DNA of 64,000 nucleotides from Octopus vulgaris (Eukaryota): assembly GCA_951406725.2 (NCBI GenBank), contig OX597838.1, forward strand, positions 2,108,001 to 2,172,000. The letters are read 5' to 3'. Both the position numbers and the translations under genes were made by a program. The notes beneath the pieces were generated by a model that saw nothing but the letters and a program-made list of their open reading frames with translations, was not told the DNA's origin and did not search any database. This document shows, in pieces, positions 15,968 to 29,979 of this stretch. How positions within the stretch are numbered: the stretch's first letter is position 1; each line of letters begins with the position of its first letter.

Positions 15968-17251
15968 GATAGATATATGTGTGTGTTTTAGAGTGTGTAC
16001 TTTATAGGTATTGCTTGCAGTATCACTTTTATCGTTGTGTGTGCGCTATCATATGTCACGTGATTAGCCTCATTTGTGGATCTCTACGTACGTTGTGATA
16101 AAGTTTACCAGTAACATCCGCAGTAAAATAAAGTTGCCACTCTATCTGGGAATTGAGCACTTCGCTGCTTATCCCTCTAACTGAAGTTTCAAACATACGA
16201 TCATTAGCGATACCATAAAAGTGTGTGTATGTGTGTGCTTGTGTGTGTTTGTATGTATGTGTACGTGTAAGCACACACATTTACTCACACACAAAAATGC
16301 ATATATATATATACAGAAATATACACATATACGAGTGTGTATTCAAAGTCTTAAACACATACACATATATATACATGTACACCCACACATTTATTATATA
16401 CCTCCACATTATCATATATTTCAAAGGAAGTGAAAAAGTGCAGAGAGGTAGAGAGAGGGGGAGTTGAGAGGGTGAGTGAGAGAGAGAATAAGAGCTGGAG
16501 AGATGGAGAGCAGAGGAGAGAGGGATATACTGGCAAAGAGGAAGACTATGTTAAGAAGATGCTGTAGAAAAAATCGGGCAAATATAGAGAAAAGAAGACT
16601 GAAATAATGGCCGAGTGAAGTGCTTTGGAGCGTTGGAATGAATGCATTTTGGTAAATCTGTCTGCAAGATCTTGTTTCTGAGGAACACATAAAACAGCCA
16701 TAAATTGTTGAGAAATTCTTCTGGCTGGACATGTCGACGAATTATACCATTGACCATCAGCTAGTTCCGGCTTTTATGTCAAAAGAATAGATTACCAAAT
16801 GTCGAAGAAATGACACGAGAAAGAAAGGAGGGGTTGTATGTAAGGAAATATTAATAGAGATAAAGAATTTAGACAGAGAGAGAGAGAAGGGGAGAGACAG
16901 AGGGAGAGTGAGGGAAGGAAGAGGGAGGCTCTAACTTATAGACAGGTTTCAAATGGAGGGGGATGGGGGTAGAGTAAGTGGTGACTGTCAGGAAGATGAA
17001 AGAAAGGAGTGTTAGTTTATATGATATAAATTGAAAGAGAAAATTAGGAGACGAAATGAAAAACAACAGAAAATTTATAAACGAAAAAATATATACACAC
17101 ACAAAGACAATACACAGTATATATTCATACATACATATATATATATATATGTATATATAAATACATATATATATATATATGCACACACACATACACACAT
17201 ATATACAAACACATGTATATATATACACACAACATATATGTAATTACACAT

Positions 17252-17297
<46 letters not shown>

Positions 17298-17639
17298 CGA
17301 GAGATAGATCGATAGATAATTATTCATATGATAGATATAAATATATGCATAAATACATATATGAAAATATGCATACATATGTGTGTGTATGTGTATAAAA
17401 ATTCATAAGCATACACACACACACGGACACACATATACACACATGATTTTAAAACATCAAATGAAGAAAGGCGAAGAATGGCGAGAAGGAGAGATGGCAA
17501 TAAATAATGAAAAAAATTACACAATATCAAAAGGTAAAACAACAAATATATTATATATGTATTTATGTAAGACGAACACACATACATACACATGCGCACA
17601 TTCCCATATACACACACACATATATATATATATACACAC

Positions 17640-17701
<62 letters not shown>

Positions 17702-18109
17702 ATGTATGTATATATGGGATAGACAAAAAGAAAAATACGAAAAAATACTAAGAGAAGAATATAGTTTGAAAGAAAAGGAAAGAGAAAACACGAAATGAAA
17801 GAGCAAGGTGAAGAAAAAGGAGAATAAGGAAAAGACGTTTTAAGTGGTGAGATTTATTGCTGTTTTATGGGAGCATTAGTGGGACAGGGAACGGGCAACC
17901 TGATGAGGGGAGGGGAGACGAGTAAAATGATGTATGTATTATGTTAACAAGATTGAACAGAGCGGAACTGCGCGACACACTTGTTGGAATTACGCTGGAA
18001 TTGGTGTTTACCCATCTTCTTGGGAATTAATGAAATCGCCTTACAATTAGGAACGGGAATAAATCAGACAGGACCGAGTCGAAACAAAACAAAAATTCGG
18101 AATACAGCT

Positions 18110-18169
<60 letters not shown>

Positions 18170-18228
18170 AATGATATCGTGAGGAACGAAAATTAGTGCG
18201 TATCAAATATAGTCACATATGTGCAATA

Positions 18229-19013
18229 TTAAGGTTGTTTCACATGAAATGTCGTATTTGAAAGGCAACAATAAAATGCTTCAGAATTGTTCCAGAACTG
18301 ATTTATTACGGTTTTTCCTTGTTGCAAAAAGGAATAATGAATAGCTCCCTTAGCAGACCAGCATACAGGGATCACACACTTTTTAGGGTGCAATGGTGTG
18401 TTTCGGTAGTGTTTAGGTCACTCTCCTGAATGCGTTTCTCATCACAATTAACGATTTGATGCAAAAATGGTCTTTTTCTATTCGAGAAAGCAATAAGGAT
18501 CACACTTCAAGGTTTTTCCTGCTTCTTTGAATCTCGTTCAGCTGATGCTGAACAAACCTAACCGTTTTGTTGACTTTTCCAATTTTTTACAGGTGTCCAA
18601 ATCAATTGTACGAGATGTCTGGAGTTCTGATAAAAGTTCCCAAACCTTTGCTCTCGGATTTTGTTCGACCAAAGCATTTAATCCATCATGCCGAATAACT
18701 GATTTTCGCATGCCCCTTGGTTTATTTTCAAGGTTATCATCTCCTAAACGAGAGCTTTGGAACCATCTCTGAACAGTTCTGATGTCAACAAACCATTACC
18801 AAACGGCCGCTTGATATTCCGTAGAGCTTCTGCTGCAGAGTGACCCAGTTTGTACGATAATTTTTATAAGGTCTGTGGGTAGGAATTTTGTCTACCAATA
18901 TTGTTAAGAAAGAAAAAGAATCAAGATGAAAAGCAAGATATACATAATTGAGTTTTTAAATGACTGAAATAACAAGTAATTAAAAATGCGACATTTCATA
19001 TGAAACAACCTAA
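18229..19013 (-). mobile_element. Internally deleted mariner (DD34D-type) DNA transposon
   Basis: ~30-bp TIRs ttaaggttgtttcacatgaaatgtcgtattt / aaatgcgacatttcatatgaaacaacctaa flanked by TA; minus strand reads YKLGHSAAEA (HTH), FLHQIVNCDEKRI and LHPKKCVIPVCWSAKGAIHYSFL; C-terminal catalytic half missing. Confidence 0.9.
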
Positions 19014-19024
19014 TAGATAAGTGC

Positions 19025-19065
<41 letters not shown>

Positions 19066-19074
19066 TAATTATTT

Positions 19075-19435
19075 GGACTTTGTGTATATGTCTCGTACTA
19101 TGCCGATCAAAGCACTTTCTCCGTTTAAGCTACCTGATGTCATCCACAGTTACGGTATAATTGTCACTGGGTCTACGTTAGGAATTCCACCGCTCTTTGA
19201 GTTTATAATGAATGAGGAAAACGGAAAAATGGACTCAACAAGAATTTTTATTCAACACAACGATCGTTTCGACGCATCCTGCATCTTTTCCATCCGGGTG
19301 GAATATTGTACAGCTGCTAGTTGTATTGCAGCCATCAACGCAGGTTGTGTTTCGTATGGGGCCTCGTTTGAAATGAGATATCTCACTACATATACGGTGT
19401 CGCTTGGCACGCTGTGGTCGCCTGTAGTATGTTGA
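19075..19435 (-). mobile_element. PLE-type short insert with degenerate hammerhead-like motif
   Basis: Minus strand at ~19255-19295: gatgca-gga-tgcgtc GAAA cgatcg TT (palindromic stem III ACGATCGT); CUGANGA core decayed. Confidence 0.4.
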
Positions 19436-19436
19436 C

Positions 19437-20268
19437 TCAGGGGAACACTACCTCCTTCAGACATTTGATGTTGGTCTCCGTGTAGACTCTGAGGCCGTGT
19501 AAGAAGATGAATGGAGGCATAACGTCCCCATCACTAGTGATCACGCCAACACTATGATGTTGACTAGATGTTTGATTTTTATCAGTCTCGGTACATGTTT
19601 CGAGGATACGGTAAGCCAACGGTTGTTCCCTGTGTTCACCATCTGGTCCTGACAGAAAATTTTGTCGTCTGAGAAAACTCAAAGCATGTTCGGTTGAGGG
19701 TTATTCGTAGGTGAGGGTGATTCATAGCGCGGTCTTTCCTCTTGTCCTTGATGGATTGGGATAAAAATTGGCCCTTTCTAATCTTGTATGAGGAATACCG
19801 AATGTCTTCATGCACTACCTGCCTGATAAGAAGCTCAGACACTCCCATGTCCCTGGCGATAAACCTGATTGACTTGGAAGGATCGTTGTGAATCATGGCC
19901 TGGATATCACGAACAAATTCAGGAGTTCTTTTCTTTTCAGAAAGATGCGAGTGAGTTTTCCAAGCTGCCGTACCTTTGTAATCACAATTAGACTCATCCA
20001 ACTCTTTCCGAATCCTCTGCACTCTCTGCAGATTGACACCCAAATATTCTGAAATGTTCGTATTGGAGCTTCCGGCGCGACTGCCAAGCAATAAAATATG
20101 TCGTTCCCAAATTTCTGACGGAATGAATTGTGCCATGGTATTGTTATTATCACAGACGGTGTCCAACTGACCCTACAATACTGTATGTATAGTCGACGAC
20201 TTCAAAAACAAACAATGTGCATGCGTGAAGTTAAGAATATAAAATGACAACAATTTACCCATCACACC

Positions 20269-20272
<4 letters not shown>
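19437..20272 (-). mobile_element. Truncated Tc1/mariner-superfamily transposon, maT/DD37D-like transposase pseudogene
   Basis: Left end TA-CAGGGTGTGATGGGTAAATTGTTGTCATT; ORF 19636-20166 has HTH-like DPSKSIRFIARDMGVSELLIRQVVHEDIRY; frameshifted FSDDKIFCQDQMVN and GVITSDGDVMPPFIFLHGLR; truncated at ~19437. Confidence 0.85.
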
Positions 20273-20313
<41 letters not shown>

Positions 20314-20347
20314 GGAGTAAACACATAAATGTTTCTAGCAATAATGA

Positions 20348-20408
20348 TTCTAGCAAAAACTGTCCGATGAACGGCAACGGGAAACTCAGAGTAACAGGTT
20401 TTGTTGAA
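20348..20408 (+). ncRNA. Minimal type-I hammerhead-like motif (core variant CCGAUGA) in a ~120-bp insert between (TA)n tracts
   Basis: ttctagcaaaaactgt CCGATGA acggcaacgg GAAA ctcagag TA acaggttttgttgaa; long stem I, stem III ACTC/GAGT, weak stem II. Confidence 0.6.
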
Positions 20409-20429
20409 TTTTCTGCTGCTTTAAATAAA

Positions 20430-20519
<90 letters not shown>

Positions 20520-21139
20520 TTCATGAGTTTTACTCGTTATATGATGCGCAACCTTGGAAATGTTCATTGTGTGCATATAACTTTGTCGCCATAGGTAATA
20601 TCAGATATGATGGCATATACACAATAATTATAATTTGAATTTTATTAAATATCTCGGGTCTTAAGCAAACTGATGAAACGAATACTAATTTTCAAAAGAA
20701 AAATATTTATTGCCTTCAAATAATATTAAACAAAATAATATTAAAAATTGAAAATAAAAATGATTTTATATATACTCACCGTTTTGATTATATGTTATGA
20801 TAATTCACACACACCTACACAAACAGACTCCCTCTCTTTAGGTGTATATATATAATGTATAAAGATATATATATATATTTATATATATATATGTATAAAT
20901 ATATGCTCCCTCTCTTCCTCCACTCTTTGTATGACTTTCTATTTGATGTACTTTTTTAAAAATATTTGTTACGTCTTTCGTAAGCAATGTTTTTTGCTGA
21001 CAAAGATTGAAGTCGTTTCAAGATTGTTGATCACTATTGGCAGGAAACCTTTGGTGCCAGAGGAGTTGCAAAGTTTCTATTTAGAACAATTGTTTATGGT
21101 CCTTCCCGATGTTGAGTACTACAAACAATGCACGTTACG

Positions 21140-21185
<46 letters not shown>

Positions 21186-22704
21186 TGCGTGTATGCATAC
21201 ACACAGACGCTGATACAAGCACAACATATATAGGTATATTCATACACATGAAAACACGAAAGAATATTTACTGATATTATTTACACACACATACACACGC
21301 ATACGTATACACACACATACACACACATACGTATAACACACAGACATACACACACAGTCATACACACTCACGCACACACTTTCAAAGACATACACACATA
21401 CGCACGCACACACTTTCAAAGACACACACATACACACGCATATATATACTCACATACACATGCATATGTATACACATACATACACACGTATACATACATA
21501 TTACACACAGACATACACACATACAGTCATACACACATACACACATACGCACGCACCGCATACACGTATGTGCACATAAACAATGAGATATAGATATCCG
21601 CGCACGTGCATGCGGATATATTTTCCTATAACAATATACGAACATGGATACAAAGATCCACACACCACGTGTACAGAGCATGCGCACATGCACATGCACA
21701 CACATGTACAAGCATATACACTCTTGTACATGCAGCACATGCGCACAGACTCACAGAAGACATGCATTCACAAATTTATATTCAATCTTTGTCACAAATT
21801 CCCAAAGAGTAATACAGACATTTTGATATTAAAATAGAACAGCGAAAGATAAATAAAAATAATCGTAAAAGATGCTAACACTGGCAAACACAGATATGTT
21901 GATTGACACGCATGCGCACAGATGCATAGTATATAGGGAGATGGAAATAGTACATGCGAAGAAGAAGTACAAACAGCTGCCGACAAATCTGAAGTCCAAA
22001 CAAAAGCGACGAAATCTACCAAAAAGCTTGTAACCACAAAGAAATAAACAGAAAATGGCGTCAATGGTTTAGAAATGGCTGGAGCCTCGATTCCACTTGT
22101 TGAGGGAATATTGAAGAGAAAAATATTACTTTAGAAGAATGATGCCATGTTTTTTGAATCTGTTTCTTGGATTTTTTTTTATTCGTTTTCATCATCCATT
22201 TTCTATCGCTGTCAGTCTCCCTCTTAGTATCCCTCCCTCGCTCTCTTTTTCTCTCTCTCTTATCTCTCTCTCTCTCTCTCTCTCCTCAATATCTCTACCT
22301 TCTATTATTTCTTCCTTCATATTTATTCTTTCTTTTTTCCTTCTATTTTCTGCCTATTTTCTTCCTTTCATTCCTTCCTTTATTCTTTCTTTCTCTTTTC
22401 CTTCCTTTCTTTCGTTCGCTTTCGCTTTTTCTCACTGTATTTCTTCCCCTCTTTCCACTTTTCAATCATTCTTTCTTTCTTTCTCTTTTTCTTCTGTAAA
22501 GCATCTTATTTCCTTCATCCACTCAACTTCTAGTTCTGTCTTTCTCTAAACAGGTCTCTCTCACACCTTCTCTCACCCCTCAGTTTCGTTCCTTTACCTA
22601 TCACTGTCTATCTACCTATCTATCTGTCTGTTTGTCTGCCTATCAATCCATCCATATTTTTCTCATTCTCTCTCCTCTTTCTCTCTGATTATTCTCTCTG
22701 CTTG

Positions 22705-22736
<32 letters not shown>

Positions 22737-22817
22737 TGTATGTATGTATGTATGTATATGTATGTATGTATGTATGTATGTGAGTATGTATGTATGTATG
22801 TATACATGTATGACATT

Positions 22818-22920
22818 GTTCAGTCTTATTTCAAGATTTCTTGCCAATAGGGAAAGAACCGGTTTCTAACCCAAAGTCAAGGCTCCTTCATTGGGATTTC
22901 AACATCAACAATTAGGTATT
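22818..22920 (-). mobile_element. 3' end/UTR fragment of RLE LINE-related repeat
   Basis: ttcttgccaatagggaaagaaccggtttctaac…ctccttcattgggat resembles 23560-23650 and 39535-39600, the last adjoining the LINE C-terminus. Confidence 0.45.
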
Positions 22921-22933
22921 TTTGTATGTTTAG

Positions 22934-22969
<36 letters not shown>

Positions 22970-23003
22970 GTGTGTGTATATACATACATATATATATATA
23001 TAT

Positions 23004-23071
<68 letters not shown>

Positions 23072-23728
23072 GCACACATATATATATATGAATGTATATA
23101 CATACATACATACAAGGAAGCAGTATGTCTAACTTATTGACCTGGAATATATTTGCACTTCCGGTCAAGCATCATTTGTCTTTAACAATCAACCGAAGTA
23201 AAAGTAATGGATGACAAGGATAAAATGGCGGTCAAATTTCAGAAACGACGTCTTCAAACAGTAAATAGTGTATTTTAACATTTGCCTATTGTGTCCCTCG
23301 ATCCTCTAACACTATTTAGCAATGAATTATCTATAATTTACTAGAAATATATGGAAATTATGCGCTACTTTGGCAAGAAAACTACAATTTATAAGAATCT
23401 ATGTTATTCGACTTTTATTACATTGTAATGATATATATGTTTACAGACATGTATTAGCATTCTGAACAAATACCACAGTCAGTTTCATACGTGTGTGATT
23501 GTGTGTGCGTGTGTGTATGTGTGTGTGTGTATCCTCTATTTTTTAAATTATTATAGATCTTCCAGAAGAGGGAGCCAGTTCTTAACAAGGCTCCATCTTT
23601 GGGATATAGTTAACGCAGACAAATTCATATTTGGAACTTGAGAAAAGTTTTGCATATGTATATATGCATGTGTTTGTGTGCGTGTATGTAAATACATATA
23701 TTTATATTAGTATATAACTTTCTATATG

Positions 23729-23777
<49 letters not shown>

Positions 23778-23816
23778 TTATACCCATACACACACTCACA
23801 CACATCTATCTATATA

Positions 23817-23881
<65 letters not shown>

Positions 23882-24224
23882 TTCTTATACATTTATAAAC
23901 ATATCTAACTGCATATATACATATGTACATGTGTATTCGTGTGCGGACGCTTGCGAGGACTGATTTGAGTAAAAGAAATCATAATTCAGAGAATGGTATT
24001 TTAAAATACATTTAACTTGCAATGCATATATACTGCATACATTATGCAAGTTAAGGGACCCCGCAGATCCAGGCTTTCTCTGATCACCAGAGGCACAACT
24101 CCCCGTTCATCTACTGTTCTCCTATCCACAGGGGCAAGCTTACAGTAGGTCCATTCACCCAAACCATTTTTGCCGCAGTCACCCACCCTTTATGAAATGT
24201 GGTGAAAGCGAGTACTTCCCTCTC

Positions 24225-24310
24225 AACGACATGATGCGGTGGACAGAACTGTAGACATCAGAACAAAATAATAAAACAGAACACACCTACAGAGGAAGTC
24301 GAACATCTCA
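24225..24310 (+). repeat. ~85-bp near-identical copy of LINE segment 26449-26530
   Basis: gacatgatgcggtggacagaact…acacacctacagaggaagtcga(a/c)catct is present twice with about 4 differences. Confidence 0.85.
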
Positions 24311-24639
24311 ACAAAAGCCAACTGTTTTCATGGAATACTTGAGGGGTACATAGGAGTGAAGGACAACGCTGACAACGGGATTTGAATTGAGAACGGAAGA
24401 ATACGCCAAGGCATTTTGTCCGACGCACAGACAATTTTCCCAGTAATAACTCAAAGCCGATAACTTTGAAAAGAGAGGTCCTAGTTGATGTCATCGAGCC
24501 CCGTACTAGATTAGATAAGGAACTAACCTTATCTAATCAACTACTTAAGAATGAATATCTAAGTCAACTCCGACAGGATTTGAAACCGGAATGTAGAGAG
24601 CCGCTTAAGAACGGGGTATAAATGAATCATATGTATATA

Positions 24640-25085
24640 ATGGTGATGGGAAGTCTTAATCCTCTCATTTAAACGGGAAGGCTATTCAATAAGAATATTT
24701 GTATAAGGTTTGGTGTCTATAAATGCACAGTATTAATTATAGAGAGTGTCTTCAAAGATAAAATATAATGGGATGTAGACGGTATCAGATGATATCAGAT
24801 GAGTGAAAGAAGATGAGGGATGCAGGCATTTAGGGGTGCTGCACGATGATAAGCTAATGGAAAAGGAAATGAGAGAGAAAATCTCGAAAGTGTACGTGAG
24901 ATGGTTGAAGAAAGGGCTTGAGACGAAACGAAATGGAGATGTTATCTTCAAGACAATTAATATTTTGGTGATGCCAGCGTTGAGATAGTCTTGTACTTTT
25001 ATAACGCGAAGAGAACAGAGTTGGAGAAATTGGAAAGAAGGACAAGGGAGGCGGTGGCAGTGTGTAGCCCACACCACCCGAAAAC
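24640..25085 (+). mobile_element. R4/Dong-like (RLE-clade) LINE RT C-terminal/thumb fragment, decayed
   Basis: FGVYKCTVL…GCRHLGVLHDDKLMEKEMREKISKVYVRWLKKGLETKRNGDVIFKTINILVMPALR matches the FGxxKC…YKYLG…MKEKIxKEYxRR…LN…AIN..AV pattern. Confidence 0.8.
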
Positions 25086-25175
25086 TATTATTTCTTCGTC
25101 TTCCCTCTCTTCCTCTCTATCTATCTACACACACATACACACGCACACATATACATCCATCTGTACATATTGACT

Positions 25176-25223
<48 letters not shown>

Positions 25224-25243
25224 GTGTGTGTGCATATATAAAA

Positions 25244-25286
<43 letters not shown>

Positions 25287-25702
25287 TATATATGTGTGTG
25301 TGTGTGTGTGTGTGTTTATTCATCGAAAAGCGATCAATCAAATCAGACTATACACAGAAGTAGATTATTCTTTAATACGCCATAACTGAAGGGCGCATAA
25401 TTCCAATCCTCCAAGTTACAATTCCCCCATCATTCGTCATCTGAGCCTCCTCCTTCCTCTTGAAATCTCTTTTTGATTATATTTTAAAATATCATACGAA
25501 GATATATGTATGTTCATTTACCCTAAAACACACGCACGCTCACACACACACGCACACACACGCACACTCACACACACACGCACACACATGCACACTCATA
25601 TCTATATCTCAATTTATCATATATAAATATAAATATAAATATATATGTGTGTGTGTGTGAAGATGTATATTGTATATATGTTTATATATGCGTATATACA
25701 CA

Positions 25703-25856
25703 GGCACAGGAGTGGCTAAGAAGCTTGCTTCCCAACTATGACGTTCCGGGTTCAGTCCCACTGCGTGACTCCTTAATCAACTGTCTCCTACCAAAGCCGA
25801 CCAAAGCCTTGTGAGTAGATTTGGCACACGGAAACTCAAAAGGGGCCCGCCGTACA
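25703..25856 (+). mobile_element. tRNA-head (CORE-type) SINE, internally deleted
   Basis: ggcacaggagtggct…aagcttgcttccca…ccgggttcagtcccactgcgtg…ccgaccaaagccttgtgagtagatttgg…ggaaact. Confidence 0.7.
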
Positions 25857-25901
25857 CATATATTTATGACGGGCAACTTTTCAGTTATATGTATATATAT
25901 A

Positions 25902-26203
<302 letters not shown>

Positions 26204-26344
26204 CATACATACTCAAAATATAGACACAAACCATAGAAGGAATTAATGATACCAAAAGCTTGGCATCTCCCTTTCATGCTACCTCCATACAACACAAGAC
26301 CAAAAGATTCCCGTCGAATACCTGCAACATAAAAAGCAAGAAAC

Positions 26345-26960
26345 ATTCACCGGCAGCAAACGTAGGCTGAGTAAAACGAAGACCTGAGACGTCAAAGAAG
26401 ATTATTGCTGACTCAGAGATAGTATATTCCTGATATTGTCTTTGCATGAGACATGATGCGGTGGACAGAACTTGTATACATCAGAACAAAATAATAAAAG
26501 AGAACACACCTACAGAGGAAGTCGACCATCTTGAGATCGATGGGTCAAAAGAATACTGCAAGAATTGTAGAATGAAAACAGTCACTAAGTTAAAAGACAA
26601 TCGATTAAATATTGTTGTGTGGGACCAAAGAAAAGGCATTCTCTTTTGCGGAAACTCGCCTTCATCTGGATACCAATGTGGTCAGAAAATCCAGGTAAGA
26701 AGATTGCAAATCCATTTCCCAAGATACACTTTCAGCTTCATACCTATCATTATTGAAGCAAGGATTAAATACCGACCCGTCTGGAGCAAAGTATGGATGA
26801 ATTTGACTTCTTGGAGAGAGAATGCAAGTCTTTAAGTCATACACTACATATGATAACAGTATCTGGTACAATAAAGATCTGCAAGATCTGCTTGAGTTTA
26901 AAGGTTGATGAGCAAGACAAGGTTCCCTTGCTATCAAGTAGGTAGCTGTTCAAATTGGCT
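26345..26960 (+). mobile_element. RLE LINE endonuclease-domain fragment, decayed
   Basis: MRHDAV…KDNRLNIVVWDQ (NRPDIVVWD)…FSFIPIIIEA (IPIIIGALG)…VSGTIKICK. Confidence 0.8.
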
Positions 26961-27353
26961 CTAGGTGAAAAGGAGAAAAAGGAAGCATAGACGCTTATAT
27001 ACATATATACGAACATACATACATACAAACCTACATAATACATGCATACATACATACATTCATACATACATACATACATACATACATACATACATACATA
27101 CATACATACATACATACATACATACATACATACATACATACAAGCGTATATGAAAAGATATTCCTCGAAAAACAAAGGTATATCTGACGAAGCTGCGAGT
27201 GGCGACAGAAAGACTAATAAATCAGTTGAATGATTGATCGAACAATAAACAGTCGATTAGCTAATTAGTTTATTGGATAATTGACTAATATTAATAAGGA
27301 AGTGAAATATAACAAACGTGTGTTTGTTATTTGCAAAACTATGCTTCTATATA

Positions 27354-27386
<33 letters not shown>

Positions 27387-27632
27387 GTATGTATGAATGT
27401 ATGTATGTATGTATGTATATATATATATATATACAGAGAAGAAGAGATACATAGATAGAAAGATAGATAGATAAGTGGTGAATGTATGTGTGTGTGTGTA
27501 GAAACATATAAGGAATGAGTTTATCAACAATTTATTAATCATACACATGTTTCACGTGGCCTGATACAATCGATATTTTCTTTCACTACATATACACATA
27601 TATACACATACATACCATACATATATATATGC

Positions 27633-27747
<115 letters not shown>

Positions 27748-27978
27748 TAAGCAGAGTTAGCGGTTTTAGTAACCTACTAAGGGATAAAAGTATCCGTTCT
27801 TACTCTCGGTATGAATTACCTATGCTATCCCTTGACATGGCCAGGCAGTCACACTATTCTCATAAGAAACAGGTAACAACAGAATGTTAAGTCATTTTTA
27901 TTAAAAAGTAATCAACCAATGTGATTAAATTTGTTTGATTGTTGATCAAAATTTTTGACTATCTAAATTTTATGTATG

Positions 27979-28010
<32 letters not shown>

Positions 28011-28014
<4 letters not shown>

Positions 28015-28350
28015 TAAATGAAAGAATGGAGTCGAACGAAGATGTTAACAAAATTCCTTTACTCTCGACATATGTGAAGATTGCATCATACACCCTTTAT
28101 TCCTTTGGAATGAAACCATGTGGTCTTCGAAACATATGTCGAGAGTAAAGGAATTTTGTTAACATCTTCGTTCGACTCCATTCTTTCATTTATTCATATA
28201 TAACACACAAATTTCTGCAAATGAACCAGGAGTTTCAACCTTTGGACAGGTCGCTTCAACCGTGTTTCTGACGCGAATTTGCTACCCTGGTATCGGTTCA
28301 ACGAATTTTCCACGCTGACGATAAATATAGGATAATTCATTCACCTATTA
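28011..28350 (+). mobile_element. PLE-like insert with perfect 65-bp inverted duplication and partial hammerhead
   Basis: Arms 28011-28075 / 28132-28196 are perfect reverse complements; the spacer holds stem gaagattgcat/atgtggtcttc, followed by GAAA catatg TC. Confidence 0.7.
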
Positions 28351-28401
28351 ATATATATATATATATATATACATATATATACATACACAAACACATACAT
28401 A

Positions 28402-28578
28402 CAGTCGCCATGCTTGACCACTAAATCCACAACTTCTTTTATTCTCTCTCTGCTTATTTTTACTTATTCCTTGCTCTTGAAGAGCGTAGGCTCGAAACGT
28501 AAAAGCCTTCTCACTTTCCCGGGCGTGAAACGAACACACCTGTCTTCGTCTTTTGTTTCTCAGTAAATTTCAACTATA
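28402..28578 (+). mobile_element. Short TA-flanked insert with hammerhead-like motif
   Basis: cTTGAAGA gc-gtag-gctc GAAA cg TA at 28476-28501; architecture similar to 25902-26106; 3' end abuts TATATA. Confidence 0.5.
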
Positions 28579-28854
28579 TATAAATACACACACCTATAGA
28601 AGATATATATGTCTGTGTATGCGTGTGTGAGTGTGTGTGTGTCTGTGTGTGTGCGCGCTTACGTTGATTCTGACAATAGAAATTGTTTTTAAATATGGAA
28701 TTCATTATTACTATAATTTGCTGAAAATTTCTGCTAGGACATGTCTTATTCTGTGATGCCCAGAATGCCTCGTCAAAATGCCTCGAAGGCAGATACCCCA
28801 ACCGCGGCCAATCGCCATGTGATCTGGGACACCCTGCACAAAACCTCGACCTAC

Positions 28855-28918
28855 CTTATTGCATATACAACTTCTTTACAGAAAGCAATGCAGTTGTTTA
28901 GAACAGCTTGTCCATAAT
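28855..28918 (-). CDS. Possible 64-nt internal exon (xYGQAVLNNCIAFCKEVVYAIR), gene unknown
   Basis: Strong acceptor ttcttcacattttattgcatttcatttag and donor AG|gtaggt; only the phase-1 frame is open. Confidence 0.3.
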
Positions 28919-29421
28919 CTAAATGAAATGCAATAAAATGTGAAGAAATATTGGTGTCAGCGTGGAAGTACTTCAACAGTGATTGTCGATGTTTGTAATT
29001 AAACCATAAATCTTGAAGACTAGCATGTTAGATCTACTCTATTTAATGAGACCAGTATCCGGACATTGCTAACAGCCTCGATTAGACAAATAATGGACGA
29101 ATATTAGGCACTGTTTTATGGCCGACTCTGAAAAACAACCTACAGCTAAAATTTACTCCATCTTTGCGTCTGTCGCTGTCCATTTCTATCTATCTCTCTC
29201 TTTCTCTTTCTCTCTCTCCCTCTCTTCATTTTGTCTCTTTATATATGAACTTACACACGTATGCATACACACACATAAATACATCAGATATATGTGTATG
29301 TGTGTATGTATATATTTCCATGCACATTAGTCATATCTCAGACACACAGACACACACATCAACATACACACACACACACACATATATATATACCTACCTA
29401 TACATATACATACACACACAC

Positions 29422-29459
<38 letters not shown>

Positions 29460-29541
29460 CGTATATATAATTAGATAAATATATGTTTGTATATATATTT
29501 ATATAAATATATGCTTGTATATATATTTATATAAATGTCTG

Positions 29542-29582
<41 letters not shown>

Positions 29583-29948
29583 GTGTATATATATATATTA
29601 TCTACATCTATGTATGTATATATATATATATATATATCGTCATGTATATGGGTGAGCGAGAGTGGGGGAGAGAAAAGATGGTGAGATAAAGAGTGAGAGA
29701 GAGTGAGAAGGTAATATTTAAACCAGATTAATATAAAATTCTTATTTACAAGTGTAATGGACATACCCGTGTGGGTGGGTGTATACATATACAGCTGTAT
29801 ACCAAAATACAATCATACATACATGTATACATATTTATACATCCATATATATACATATAGATATACAAAATGTATATATACAAATATATATGTATGTACG
29901 TATATATATGTATGTACATATATGTGTTTGTGTGTGTATGTATGTGCG

Positions 29949-29979
<31 letters not shown>

